Source: Planctomycetota bacterium (GTDB lineage: Bacteria > Planctomycetota > UBA1135 > UBA2386). From it: a stretch of DNA of 62,637 nt. The stretch lies in NCBI GenBank assembly GCA_049276695.1, contig JBASWX010000179.1, positions 1-62,637 of the forward strand, given 5' to 3'. The position numbers were made by a program, and so were the translations under genes. Below the pieces are notes generated by a model. That model saw only the letters and a list, made by a program, of their open reading frames with translations. It did no database searches and was not told the origin of the DNA. The stretch's first letter is position 1; the number at the start of each line of letters is the position of its first letter. Positions 1 to 9,179 of the stretch are shown piece after piece.

Positions 1-2039
1 CTGCCGAGCTGCGCGGCGCTGGCCGGGCAGGTCGAGGTGAAGCGCGCGAAGCGGCCGGCCGGCTGCCCGCCGGCCATCGTGAAGTCGCCGCCGACGAGCA
101 GGCTGCCATCCGGCGCGCTCGCCATCGTCCAGACGGTCGAGTTCGTGCTCGGCTGCGCGACCCACGCCGACCCGTTCCAACGCATGACCGCGCCGGCCGA
201 GATCAGCAGGTCGCCATCGGGGGTTGCACCCAGGGCGCGCCCCGTGCCGAGCTGCGTGCCGTACGGCGTCCACGCGCTGCCGTTCCAGCGCACGAACTGG
301 AACAACACCGTCATGCCGAACGGCACGGTCGATGCCGTCACCAGGTCGCCGTTCGGCATGGTGACCAGCGTCGCGTTCAGCGGGAACGTCGACAGCGCGA
401 ATGGCGACCAGCTGGTCCCGGTCCAGACGGCGATCTTGTTGGCGGAGCCGCCGAACGTGCCGACCGCGAACAACTGGCCAGTGGCGCTCGTCGCCAGCGC
501 GCTCACCACGTTGGTGCCGACGCCGAGCACGGTCCAGGCGCTGCCGTTCCACTGCGCGACGCGCGAAGCATCGGCGGCGACGACGTCGCCGTTCGGCAGC
601 CTGGCCAGCGCGTTCACCGGCGCCGTCAGCACGCCACCGGGCATCGCGTTCCAGGCGGCGCCGTCCCAGCGCGCGATGCCGTTCGCCGGCACGCCGCCCG
701 CCGCCGCGAAGTCGCCGCCGGCGACCACGTTGCCGTTCGCCAGCGCCACCACCGAACGCACGGTGTTGTCGGTGCCAGCACCGAGTGACAGCCACGCGCT
801 GCCATTCCAGCGCGCGAGGCCCGGCGCCACGGTGCTGCCGACCGCCGTGAACGCGCCACCGACCACGTGGCCGCCGCCCGGCAACGTCGCGATCGCGAAC
901 ACCGAGCCGTCGAATCCGTCGGCCGCCGGCGCGGGCGAGGTCCACCCGCTGCCCTGCTGCAGCGCGACGTTCGCCGCCGGCACTCCCGCGACCGACCGGA
1001 AGCTGCCGCCGATCACCAGCCCGGTCGGTCGCTCGCAGACCGCGCGCACCGATGACGCCAGGGGACCGTTCGCGATCGGGGCCACCGGTTGCCAGGCGGC
1101 GCCGTTCCACCGAGCGATGCGCGGCGCGGCGAGGGTGCCGATGGCGCCGAACGAGCCGCCCGCGACGATGTCGCCGTTCGTCATGCGCTGCAGCGTGAAC
1201 ACGTCGCCATCGGCATCGCCGCCGAACGGGCCCCACGAAGTTCCGTTCCACCGCGCCAGGCGCTGCACCGCCTGCGCGCCGAACGCGGTGAAGGTCGGGA
1301 ACGTGCCGAGCACACTGCTGCCGGCGACGATGTCGCCGTTCGGCAGTTCGGCGAGCGAGTTGACGATGCCGTTCGGCCCGGGCAACAGGCTGGTCCAGGT
1401 GCTGCCGTTCCAGCGCCCGACGCCGAAGCTCATCGGCGCCTGGTACACGCTGGCAGCGACGTCGCCATTGGCGAGCAGCGTGAAGGTGACGACGAAGCCG
1501 TTGGTGATGCTGCCGAACTCGGTCCACGACGTGCCGTTCCACTCGGAGATGCCGCCGGCGAACTGGCTCTGGAACGACGCCACCAGCGTGCCGTTCGGCC
1601 GCACCGCCATCGCCGTCGCCGGCCCGTAGTAGAGCGGGCCCCCGACCGCCGCCCAGGCACTGCCGGTCCAGCGTTCGATGCGGTTGTTGGTGGTCGAGGT
1701 GGCTCGCCGCGCGACGAACAGGTCACCGTTCGGCGCCGTCGCCAACGCCGACACCTGGCCGGTCGATGGCGCGAACGCGGACCAGGCTCCGGTCGCCGGG
1801 TCCCACGCCGCGAGGCTGCTGACCGCCAGCGTGGCCGCGGTGGTGAAGCTGCCGGCCAGCACCAGCACGGGCGTCGCCGGTCCAGGACCGTCCGGATCCC
1901 ATTCGATCACGCGCTCGACGGTCCCATCGGTGCCCGCGATGCCGGTTCCACCGACCCAGGACGGGTTGCACTGCGCGCAGCCGTCGGTTGCGGCGGCAGC
2001 CAGGAACGCCGCGACGATCGCGGAACACGGAACTCGCAT
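1..2039 (-). CDS. Secreted tandem-repeat (beta-propeller-like, ~47-aa 'ARW[ND]GxxW' repeats) protein. The 3' end is cut by the window edge. Paralog of 37999..40515.
   Basis: Absent from the ORF track because there is no stop codon in the window. Hand translation of the minus strand from ATG 2037-2039 gives MRVPCSAIVAAFLAAAATDGCAQCNPSWVGGTGIAGTDGTVERVIEWDPDGPGPATPVLVLAGSFTTAA... (signal-peptide-like). At the left edge the frame reads ...APDGSLLVGGDFTMAGGQPAGRFARFTSTCPASAAQLG, which parallels ...RPDGSLAVGGAFGLAGGAVSPRFALLVSPCPASA of the 37999..40515 protein. The listed + ORF 37..1629 carries the same antisense 'PFQRA/SPFG' signature seen opposite 37999..40515. No minus-strand ORF in this frame is listed between 1 and 2039, consistent with one open frame. 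Confidence 0.8.
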   Translation of the reverse strand, partial: MRVPCSAIVAAFLAAAATDGCAQCNPSWVGGTGIAGTDGTVERVIEWDPDGPGPATPVLVLAGSFTTAATLAVSSLAAWDPATGAWSAFAPSTGQVSALATAPNGDLFVARRATSTTNNRIERWTGSAWAAVGGPLYYGPATAMAVRPNGTLVASFQSQFAGGISEWNGTSWTEFGSITNGFVVTFTLLANGDVAASVYQAPMSFGVGRWNGSTWTSLLPGPNGIVNSLAELPNGDIVAGSSVLGTFPTFTAFGAQAVQRLARWNGTSWGPFGGDADGDVFTLQRMTNGDIVAGGSFGAIGTLAAPRIARWNGAAWQPVAPIANGPLASSVRAVCERPTGLVIGGSFRSVAGVPAANVALQQGSGWTSPAPAADGFDGSVFAIATLPGGGHVVGGAFTAVGSTVAPGLARWNGSAWLSLGAGTDNTVRSVVALANGNVVAGGDFAAAGGVPANGIARWDGAAWNAMPGGVLTAPVNALARLPNGDVVAADASRVAQWNGSAWTVLGVGTNVVSALATSATGQLFAVGTFGGSANKIAVWTGTSWSPFALSTFPLNATLVTMPNGDLVTASTVPFGMTVLFQFVRWNGSAWTPYGTQLGTGRALGATPDGDLLISAGAVMRWNGSAWVAQPSTNSTVWTMASAPDGSLLVGGDFTMAGGQPAGRFARFTSTCPASAAQLG

Positions 2040-2200
2040 GCGGACACCTCGTGCTTCCCGTCAGGTGGTGCGCTGCGGGAACCACAGGTTCGCAGGGATG
2101 GTCGTCGTCGACAAGGGGGGCGCTTCGCCACATTCGCCACGCCTCCCCGGGGATCGTGCGAAGCGTCCATGCTCGCACGGCCCCGAACACGAACCGGGGT

Positions 2201-2740
2201 TCACGTGTGCTGGACGAAGTACCAGGGGCCCCACAGGTGCAGCACCAACACCCATTCGTCGGGCGGGGCATCGCCAAACGTGCGCGACCGGTCGTGCACG
2301 ACCCCGAGCCGGTTGTCGGTGATCCCGCCGAACACGAACTCGTAGCGCGGCGTCGGTCCGGGCCCGGTGTCGTAGATCCCGGGGACTTGTTCGCCAGCGT
2401 CGGCGCGGACGATCAGCTGCTCGTAGTGTGACTGGTTGCGCAGCAGCTTGTGCGCCGCAGAGAGCCATTGGAATGGGACGTTGATCCAAGGGAACGCCGG
2501 CCCCAGCGCCACCGCGAGCACGAGCGCCGTCTTCAGATGGCGCGCGGGCCGCCGCCGCAGCCGCGCGACGATCGCGTCCAGGGCCAGCAACTGCACAGCG
2601 GCGAAGAACGCGAGCGCGGGCAGGGCCAGGTAGAACAGCAGCATCCCGCCGACGAGGTCGCACTGGAACAGCATGGCCAGGGCAGCCGTGATCGCGACCA
2701 CGAGCTGGAGGCCACGCGACGTGCGTTCGTCCAACATCAC
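2201..2740 (-). CDS. Hypothetical membrane protein
   Basis: 179-aa ORF with hydrophobic helices in the N-terminal half (LQLVVAITAALAMLF, LLFYLALPALAFFAAVQLLAL, ALVLAVALGPAF) and a balanced, Trp/Tyr-containing C-terminal half. Same strand as, and directly upstream of, the 1..2039 gene. No family recognised. Confidence 0.55.
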   Translation of the reverse strand: MMLDERTSRGLQLVVAITAALAMLFQCDLVGGMLLFYLALPALAFFAAVQLLALDAIVARLRRRPARHLKTALVLAVALGPAFPWINVPFQWLSAAHKLLRNQSHYEQLIVRADAGEQVPGIYDTGPGPTPRYEFVFGGITDNRLGVVHDRSRTFGDAPPDEWVLVLHLWGPWYFVQHT

Positions 2741-2776
2741 GTCGATTCTACCGGGCGCCGGGCAGCGGCGTGGCGC

Positions 2777-3862
2777 TCAGCCGCGCAGCACCGCGAGCGC
2801 GATCTTGCGACAGAGGGCCTGCGGCTCGAGGTCGTCGCGGTTGCACAGGCACACCACGACCAGATCCGCGGACGGCACCCGCAGCAGCTCCGCGCGGTAG
2901 GCGGCCCACGCCCCGCCGTGCGAGATGCACGGCGTGCCCTCGAGGTCGCCGAACATCAGTCCCGCGCCGTACTCGAGCGCAGTGCCGTCGTCGAGCGCGC
3001 CGGGCTTGCTCATCGCGGTGCGCAACTCGGGACCGCCGACGACGCCGCTGCCGAAGTTCCGCGCCCACTTCGCCAGATCGCCGACGGTCGTCATCACCGC
3101 GCCGTCGCCGGACTGCTCCCAGTTGCTGAAGTTCCAGCGCCAGCCGCCGCTGCGGGCGCGCGAGTAGCTGAACGCGCGGTCCGGCACCAGCTGCGTGCAG
3201 TCGGTGTGGATGTGGGTCTTGGTCATGCCGAGCGGCTCGAAGATGCGCTTCTTCGCGAACTCGGTGAGCGGCGTACCGCTGGCGCGTTCGACCACGGTGG
3301 CGAGCAGGAAGTAGTTGCTGTTCGAGTACGCCCACTTGCTGCCGGCGGCGAAGTCGAGTTCCGGCACCTCGGCCAGTGCGTGCAGCGCATCGTCGGCGGT
3401 CGTGCGGTCTTCGATGTGGTGCGGCGCGTCGCCGCGCATCATCAGGCCGATGTAGTCGGGGATCCCGCTCGTGTGCAGCAGCAGGTGGCGCAGCGTCACC
3501 TTGGCACAACACGCCGGAACCTCCTTGACGTGCTTCGCCACCGGATCGGCGAGCGCCAACACGCGATCCTGCTCGAGCAGCAGCACGCTCGCGGCGGTGA
3601 ACTGCTTGCTGGTCGAACCGATGTCGAGCACCGAACCCGGGTGCAGCGCGATTGCGCGTTCGAGATCGGCCATGCCGTGGCCCCGTTCGTGCAAGACCTT
3701 GTCACCGCGCTGGACCAGCACCACGGCACCCGGCGCGTTCGGCTTCTGCGTGGCGCGCAGCAGGGTCGCGATGCGGTCCGCGAGCGAATCGGCAGGTTCC
3801 TGGGCGGCGACAACCACCAGGGCAACAAGGCCGCAGGCAATAGCACGAACGACAGCGAGCAT
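2777..3862 (-). CDS. Serine hydrolase of the beta-lactamase / penicillin-binding-protein (class C-like) family
   Basis: The internal ATG at 3860-3862 of the 662-aa ORF gives 361 aa starting MLAVVRAIACGLVALVVVAAQ (signal/anchor). It has the S-x-x-K motif in 'DIGSTSKQF' and the Y-x-N motif in 'AYSNSNYFLL'. The part of the ORF upstream of this ATG is Arg/Gly-rich and overlaps the neighbouring gene, so it is not considered coding. Confidence 0.85.
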   Translation of the reverse strand: MLAVVRAIACGLVALVVVAAQEPADSLADRIATLLRATQKPNAPGAVVLVQRGDKVLHERGHGMADLERAIALHPGSVLDIGSTSKQFTAASVLLLEQDRVLALADPVAKHVKEVPACCAKVTLRHLLLHTSGIPDYIGLMMRGDAPHHIEDRTTADDALHALAEVPELDFAAGSKWAYSNSNYFLLATVVERASGTPLTEFAKKRIFEPLGMTKTHIHTDCTQLVPDRAFSYSRARSGGWRWNFSNWEQSGDGAVMTTVGDLAKWARNFGSGVVGGPELRTAMSKPGALDDGTALEYGAGLMFGDLEGTPCISHGGAWAAYRAELLRVPSADLVVVCLCNRDDLEPQALCRKIALAVLRG

Positions 3863-3987
3863 CGCGGCATCGTGCCGGCGCCGTGTTCGTTCGCAACCAC
3901 GGAGCCAGCCACAGGAGACCGCTCCCGCAACGGTGGCCCCGCCCGGCGACCAACCCCATCCATCGCACCAGTCGAGTCGCAGCGTGC

Positions 3988-5091
3988 TCACATCACGGTG
4001 AACCACGCCGGATTCGCGAGCACGAACCCCCGCGTGGGATCCAACGTCAGGCCCTGCCACCCGAACAGTTCGCCGCGCAGGGTCAGGTTGTTCGGCACCA
4101 CGATCGGGACGCTCAGTGGGAACCCGAACAGCTGTCCGACAGCCGCGATCTGCACGTTCGCCGGCGACAACCACAACTCTTCGGCGAAGCCCGGCACGAC
4201 CAGGGGCGGCGCGGGCAGGCCGAACAGCAAGGCACCCAGATTGCCGCCGACGGTGTCCACGGCCCCGGTGGTCGTGCCACCGAGCACAGCCGCCGTCGCA
4301 CTCGTCGACGCGTCGTCGATCAAGACGACGGTGATGCCCGGGCCGGCGAGCGTGCCCGAGAACGCAGTCGTGTTCAGATTCACCCGCACGGTTCCGGTGC
4401 CACCGATCGCGGGAGTCCACGGTGAGATCGCGCCCACCGAGCCCGGGCCGGTGATGCGCACGGAGTTGCCGTTCAACCGGATCGCGTACGCGCCAGGCCC
4501 CTGACCGCCGAGCAGCTGGCACCGCGCCAGATCGGTGCGGCCGGCGATGAGGTCCATCGCGGGATGGATACCGCCGGCGAAGCCGAGGAACATCGTGTCG
4601 GAGCAGACGACGTCGGAACTGACGAACGATGCCGCGACGCCACCCCCGGGTGCCGAGAACTCGCACCGGCCGACGTGCACCTGCGGACACTGATCCACTG
4701 CGAGGACGAAGCCGTCGTTGGGCCCGTTCCCCGCGCAGTCCTCGACGTGCGCGCCCCCCTGACACGACTGTAGCGAAAGCGCAACGCCAAGGACCCGCAG
4801 CCCGCGGAGGCGGAACGGCTGCGTGCTGCTCTGGCCGCTGACTGTCATCAGCCCGGCGGTGACGATGACTCCCGGTTCCCCGAGGATCGTGAGCCCCTTG
4901 GCGAGGACGTTGAAAGGGCCGTAGGTGCCCTGGCGCACCAGCAGGATGGCGCCGTCAGGAACCGCCGCGACTGCGGCGACGATGGTCGTGAACGAACTAC
5001 CCGGACCCCCGCTGGCATCGACGATGAATGTCTGGGTCGGCAGTACCGCCGAGAGCAAGAGAGCCGGAAGCGCGTGCGGCAGGTGTTTCAT
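3988..5091 (-). CDS. Secreted protein, probable right-handed beta-helix-like body plus a shared C-terminal module
   Basis: The internal ATG (5089-5091) gives 367 aa starting MKHLPHALPALLLSAVLPTQTF (signal peptide). The body is Gly/Val/Thr-rich and repetitive. The C-terminal ~90 aa (GALLFGLPAPPLVVPGF...IVVPNNLTLRGELFGWQGLTLDPTRGFVLANPAWFTVM) resembles the C-termini of the 15634..17388 and 37999..40515 proteins. The 73 upstream codons of the listed ORF are Arg/Pro-rich. Confidence 0.7.
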   Translation of the reverse strand: MKHLPHALPALLLSAVLPTQTFIVDASGGPGSSFTTIVAAVAAVPDGAILLVRQGTYGPFNVLAKGLTILGEPGVIVTAGLMTVSGQSSTQPFRLRGLRVLGVALSLQSCQGGAHVEDCAGNGPNDGFVLAVDQCPQVHVGRCEFSAPGGGVAASFVSSDVVCSDTMFLGFAGGIHPAMDLIAGRTDLARCQLLGGQGPGAYAIRLNGNSVRITGPGSVGAISPWTPAIGGTGTVRVNLNTTAFSGTLAGPGITVVLIDDASTSATAAVLGGTTTGAVDTVGGNLGALLFGLPAPPLVVPGFAEELWLSPANVQIAAVGQLFGFPLSVPIVVPNNLTLRGELFGWQGLTLDPTRGFVLANPAWFTVM

Positions 5092-5123
5092 GACTGCGGG
5101 CGCGAGAGCACACGCCGTACCGC

Positions 5124-8100
5124 GTGGCCCCCGGGCTCGCGGCCACCAACTTCCCCAGCCGGGTCGCGGCAACGCACCGGATTCTGGTGACGGTCGTCGG
5201 CGTCGTGTCCAGTAGCTGCGTGCTGCGCAATCCGCCCGATCGCTGCTTCGAACGCTTCCGCCGCCGCGGTGACCCGCGCGAACTCGCGGCGGTGTTCGAT
5301 CGCACGGCACCCGAGTTGTGGCGGGTCGCGGCGCACCTGTGCCGCCACCGGCACGACGCCGAGGACGCGGTGCAGAGCACGTTCCTCGCCGCGATCGAGC
5401 ACCGCGACGAATGGGATGCCGCGCGGCCGTTGTTGCCGTGGCTGCTCGGACTGCTGGTCAATCGCGTGCGCGAACAGCGACGGCGCGCCGCGCGCACCGT
5501 CGACGCGACCCGGCTCGCACCAAGACCCGCCGAGGATCCGGCCGAACGCGCGGCGCAGGGTGAGTTCGGCGCCGTGCTCACGGCGAGCCTGGAACGGCTC
5601 GACGAACCGTACCGGTCCGCGCTCGAGCAGCACCTCGTGCACGACAAGCAGCCGCACGAGATCGCGGCGCAGGCCGGCGAGACCGCCGGTGCCGTGCGCA
5701 TGCGCATCCATCGCGGGCTCGATCGGCTGCGCCGCCAGCTGCCGCGCGCGGGCTTCGCGACCGGAGCGGTCGCGTTGCAGATGCCACCGGCCACGTTCGC
5801 GAGCGTGCGCGGCGCGGTCCTCGCGACGATCCCCGGCGGCGCGGCGCTGCCCGCGTACGCGGGCCTCGGAGCAATCGCCTTCATGACGACGACCCACTGG
5901 TGGATGGCCGGCGCCACAGTCGCGGCCACCCTGTCCCTCTTCCTGCTGTGGCCCGCGACCAAGGGCGGCAAAACCTCGATCGCGGCGAACGCGGCCCCGG
6001 CCGCCGCCGTGACCGCGCACACGCCGTCGCCCGACGTTCAGGGCGTACCAGCGACCAGCGCCGAGACGCCCACAACCGCGACGCGTGTCGCCGCCGCGCC
6101 GATCGCGGCAAGAGGCACTTTGCGCATCGAGGTCCGCACAGCGTGGAACGACGAGCCGATCGCCGACACGAAGGTGGCGATCGTCTACGGGATGCGCCCG
6201 CCGGCGCCGCCATCGCGCGCTCCCGAGAGTGGTGAGAATCTTGCACCACCAGTCGCCTCGTCGCCGGCGAGCGACGTCGCCGGGGGATTCGAGAACGCGG
6301 CGACCGACGCAGAGGGCAACGCGCACGTCGAACTGCCGGCTGGGCGCGCGCGCATCACGGTGCCCGACTTCGCCACCTGCCCGGGCGTGGAAGCCGAGGT
6401 GCGTGCGGGCAACGAGACGGAGTGCGTCGTCCGTGTCGCCGCGATGTTCACCGGCGTGGTCCGCGTCGTCGGCGAAGACGGCCGGCCCGTCGCCGGCGCG
6501 CGCATCCTCGGCCGCGCCGTCACCGATTCCGGGCTGCTCGACCGCGAGTTCGGGGTGACCGATGCCGCGGGGCGGTGGAGCGGTCCGTTCGCGAGCGCCT
6601 ACTTGTTCGTGCGGGCAGTCGCGCGCGGTCGTGCCGCTTCGCCGCCCGTCGCGCTGCAGAAGGACCAGACCGAGGTGACGCTGCGCCTCGGCGGCGCCGC
6701 CGCGACCGTTCACGGCACCGTGTTCGGCGCCGACGGTGCGCCGATGGCGAACACCGAGGTGCTGTTGCACGCGCGCGCAATGCGTGTCTCCGAGCTCGCG
6801 CCGATCGCGGTGCGCACCTCGGCGGCAGGCACGTTCACCTGCGACTACGTCCCGGCCGGTCCGTGTCTGGCGCTCGCGGTGCGCCGTGGCTCGTCCGAGC
6901 AATGGCGGTTCACCATGCAGGACTTGACCGCGACGGCGGACTCGCCCACGCAGGTCGACCTGCGTTTCCCGGTCGGTGCGAGCCTGGCGACGAAGTTCCG
7001 CCGCCCGAACGGCGACACCGGCGGCCACTGCAACATCACGCTGGTGCCCCGGCATCGCGAGCTGCCGCCGCGCCTCGCCACGCTGGTGATGGTCGGCGCG
7101 GACACGGATGCGAACGGTGAGCGCACGCTCGACGCCCTGTTCCCGGGCCCGTACGAGGTGCGCGGGCCGTCGACCGCGACCGGTGCCCCGGCAACGATCG
7201 ATCTGCGCGACGGCGAGGTCCGCGAGCTCGTGCTGACGCTCACCCCCGACGAGTGGGTCGAGGTCGAGTTCGTCGACGACGCCGGCGAAGCACTCACCGG
7301 TTGGCTCGCCGCTCTCGATGGAGACAACCTGCGCAATGGCCAACCGCTGGCGGGCAACGGGCGCGTGCGCTTCGACGGTGTGGCGCCCGTGGCGCACGAG
7401 GTCGCACTGCTGCGCAACCGGAGCAGCTTCCCGGTGCTGACGCGACCGGTGCCGAACAAGCAGCGTACCCGCATCGTGGTGCCAAGGGACGCGATGACCT
7501 TGAGCACGCTGCGCGGCACCATCGGGCTGGCGAACGACATCGAGCCAGGCGATCTGCGCGTAGTGCTGATGCGCGCGGAAGCGCAACTGCCGTGGCAAGC
7601 ACACGTGCAGGTCAACGCGCCGATCATGCCGGCCACGCGTGCGTTCGCCTTCGACTCGCTGCCGGCTGGCACCTACCACCTGATGATCGCGACCCGACTG
7701 GCACCAAAGGCCGTGCGTACCGACGTGCGGATCGGCGCCGACGACGTCGATCTCGGCGTGATCGAACTCGGCACCGGCGGCATCGATCTCCAGCTCGTGC
7801 GCAGCGACGGTCGCCCCGTCAGCGAACCCGCCGTCGGCATCAACATCGGCAGCGGCACGTTCTCCCTCGCCGCCCCGGATTCTCCGGATGGCCCCGTGTC
7901 GCGCGACCTGCCAGCCGCAGTGTACCAACTGCTCGCGTGGGGCCGCGATGTCGAGCCGGTGGTCGTGCCGGTCACCGTGCGCATCGGCGAACGCACGCCG
8001 GTATCCGTCACGCTGCGCCCGGCGACGCCGACGACTCTCGTGTTCGCCGGAGCTTCGACGCAGCGCGGCATGTTCGCGCGCATCACGCTGCAGCGCGATG

Positions 8101-8270
8101 GCGCCCCGCTGCTCGTCGTTCTCGTCGACCCCTCGCAGCCATTCGTGCGCGGCCTCGTGCCCGGCGCCTACCGCGTCGAGATCGACGACGGCAGCGGTAC
8201 TCACGGCGCCGCCGACTTCCGCGTGACCGCCGATCCGGGTGAACCGGTCGTTGTGCTCATCGCGCGGTGA
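5124..8270 (+). CDS. ECF-type sigma-70 factor fused to a transmembrane helix and a long extracytoplasmic array of carboxypeptidase-regulatory-like (beta-sandwich) modules
   Basis: 1048-aa ORF with a GTG start at 5124; an alternative GTG a few dozen codons downstream is possible. The region-2-like segment is 'DAEDAVQSTFLAAIEHRDEWDAARPLLPWLLGLLVNRVREQRR'. The region-4-like HTH is 'LDEPYRSALEQHLVHDKQPHEIAAQAGETAGAVRMRIHRGLDRLRRQL'. One hydrophobic helix is 'WWMAGATVAATLSLFLLWPA'. After it come repeated segments such as 'GTLRIEVRTAWNDEPIADTKVAIVY', 'GVVRVVGEDGRPVAGARILG' and 'TVHGTVFGADGAPMANTEVLLH'. The antisense ORF 5088..8285 is Arg/Gly/Asp-rich junk. Confidence 0.75.
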   Translation: MAPGLAATNFPSRVAATHRILVTVVGVVSSSCVLRNPPDRCFERFRRRGDPRELAAVFDRTAPELWRVAAHLCRHRHDAEDAVQSTFLAAIEHRDEWDAARPLLPWLLGLLVNRVREQRRRAARTVDATRLAPRPAEDPAERAAQGEFGAVLTASLERLDEPYRSALEQHLVHDKQPHEIAAQAGETAGAVRMRIHRGLDRLRRQLPRAGFATGAVALQMPPATFASVRGAVLATIPGGAALPAYAGLGAIAFMTTTHWWMAGATVAATLSLFLLWPATKGGKTSIAANAAPAAAVTAHTPSPDVQGVPATSAETPTTATRVAAAPIAARGTLRIEVRTAWNDEPIADTKVAIVYGMRPPAPPSRAPESGENLAPPVASSPASDVAGGFENAATDAEGNAHVELPAGRARITVPDFATCPGVEAEVRAGNETECVVRVAAMFTGVVRVVGEDGRPVAGARILGRAVTDSGLLDREFGVTDAAGRWSGPFASAYLFVRAVARGRAASPPVALQKDQTEVTLRLGGAAATVHGTVFGADGAPMANTEVLLHARAMRVSELAPIAVRTSAAGTFTCDYVPAGPCLALAVRRGSSEQWRFTMQDLTATADSPTQVDLRFPVGASLATKFRRPNGDTGGHCNITLVPRHRELPPRLATLVMVGADTDANGERTLDALFPGPYEVRGPSTATGAPATIDLRDGEVRELVLTLTPDEWVEVEFVDDAGEALTGWLAALDGDNLRNGQPLAGNGRVRFDGVAPVAHEVALLRNRSSFPVLTRPVPNKQRTRIVVPRDAMTLSTLRGTIGLANDIEPGDLRVVLMRAEAQLPWQAHVQVNAPIMPATRAFAFDSLPAGTYHLMIATRLAPKAVRTDVRIGADDVDLGVIELGTGGIDLQLVRSDGRPVSEPAVGINIGSGTFSLAAPDSPDGPVSRDLPAAVYQLLAWGRDVEPVVVPVTVRIGERTPVSVTLRPATPTTLVFAGASTQRGMFARITLQRDGAPLLVVLVDPSQPFVRGLVPGAYRVEIDDGSGTHGAADFRVTADPGEPVVVLIAR

Positions 8271-8375
8271 TGACGGGGCCGACACGCGTGACGCCGTCGT
8301 GCTTCACATGCTCGCCGGAGAATCGCTTGCCCGACCTGCGGGACGCCAATACGGTCCGCGCCCGCTGCCAGCGTC

Positions 8376-9179
8376 ATGACCACCGTCCAAGCCGCCCATC
8401 GCTCGGGTTTCGGCGCCACCACCCGACGCGACCGGTGGTGGATCAAGCCGCTCCTGGTGTTCGCCGGCTTCTCCGCCTTCATCGTCTATTCGACGTGGGC
8501 CGCGTTCCAAGGCGACCACTACTGGCTGCGGGACACGGGCTACTTGTCGCCGTTCTACTCGCCGGAGCTCTTCGGCGACTCGTCGCACAACTGGTTCGGC
8601 CCGAAGCCGGGCTGGTGGCCGTCGTGGCTGCCGTTCTCACCGGCACTGCTGATCCTGTGGGCGCCGGGCGGCTTCCGCTTCACCTGCTACTACTACCGCG
8701 GCGCCTACTACAAGTCGTTCTGGGCTGACCCGCCCGCGTGCGCCGTTGGCGAGCCGCGCAAGACGTATCTCGGCGAGAACTCGCTGCCGCTGATCCTGCA
8801 GAACGTGCACCGGTACTTCCTGTACCTGGCGCTGGCGTTCATCGCGCTGCTGGCGCACGACGCGTGGAAGGCGATGTGGTTCGCCGGCGCCGACGGCGTC
8901 GAGCACTTCGGCATCGGCGTCGGCACGATCGTGCTGACGATCAACGTCGTGCTGCTGTCGGCGTACACGCTCGGCTGCCACAGCTTCCGCCACCTCGTTG
9001 GCGGCGTGCTCGACGTGTTCAGCAAGAACCGCGTGCGCAAGAAGTGCTGGGACTGCGTGACCTGCCTGAACACGCGCCACCACCTGTGGGCGTGGTTGAG
9101 CCTGTTCTGGGTCGGTTTCAGCGACGCCTACGTGCGGCTGTGTTCGCACGGCGTATGGACCGACTGGAGGCTCTTCTGA
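8376..9179 (+). CDS. sdhC: Succinate dehydrogenase / fumarate reductase membrane anchor (cytochrome b-type subunit)
   Basis: 267-aa polytopic membrane protein rich in Trp/His/Tyr with conserved-looking His residues (e.g. 'LGCHSFRHLVGG', 'NTRHHLWAW'). Its stop TGA (9177-9179) overlaps the ATG (9179-9181) of the flavoprotein gene. The gene order C-A-B resembles single-anchor Sdh/Frd operons. Confidence 0.7.
   Translation: MTTVQAAHRSGFGATTRRDRWWIKPLLVFAGFSAFIVYSTWAAFQGDHYWLRDTGYLSPFYSPELFGDSSHNWFGPKPGWWPSWLPFSPALLILWAPGGFRFTCYYYRGAYYKSFWADPPACAVGEPRKTYLGENSLPLILQNVHRYFLYLALAFIALLAHDAWKAMWFAGADGVEHFGIGVGTIVLTINVVLLSAYTLGCHSFRHLVGGVLDVFSKNRVRKKCWDCVTCLNTRHHLWAWLSLFWVGFSDAYVRLCSHGVWTDWRLF

Noticed and set aside
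37-1629. 530-aa + strand ORF at the left edge (and 1089..2345 +, 1678..2322 +)
   Set aside because: It shows the 'PFQRA / SPFG / PPT' pattern, which is the antisense read of the ARW[ND]G repeat. The same pattern appears in the antisense ORFs 38294..38803, 38804..39502 and 39710..40300 opposite the bona fide gene 37999..40515. The real gene is on the minus strand and lacks a stop in the window.
5088-8285. 1065-aa ORF on the - strand opposite the sigma-fusion gene
   Set aside because: It is Arg/Gly/Asp/His-rich with no recognisable motif. The + strand carries clear sigma-70 region 2/4 motifs, a TM helix and beta-sandwich repeats.
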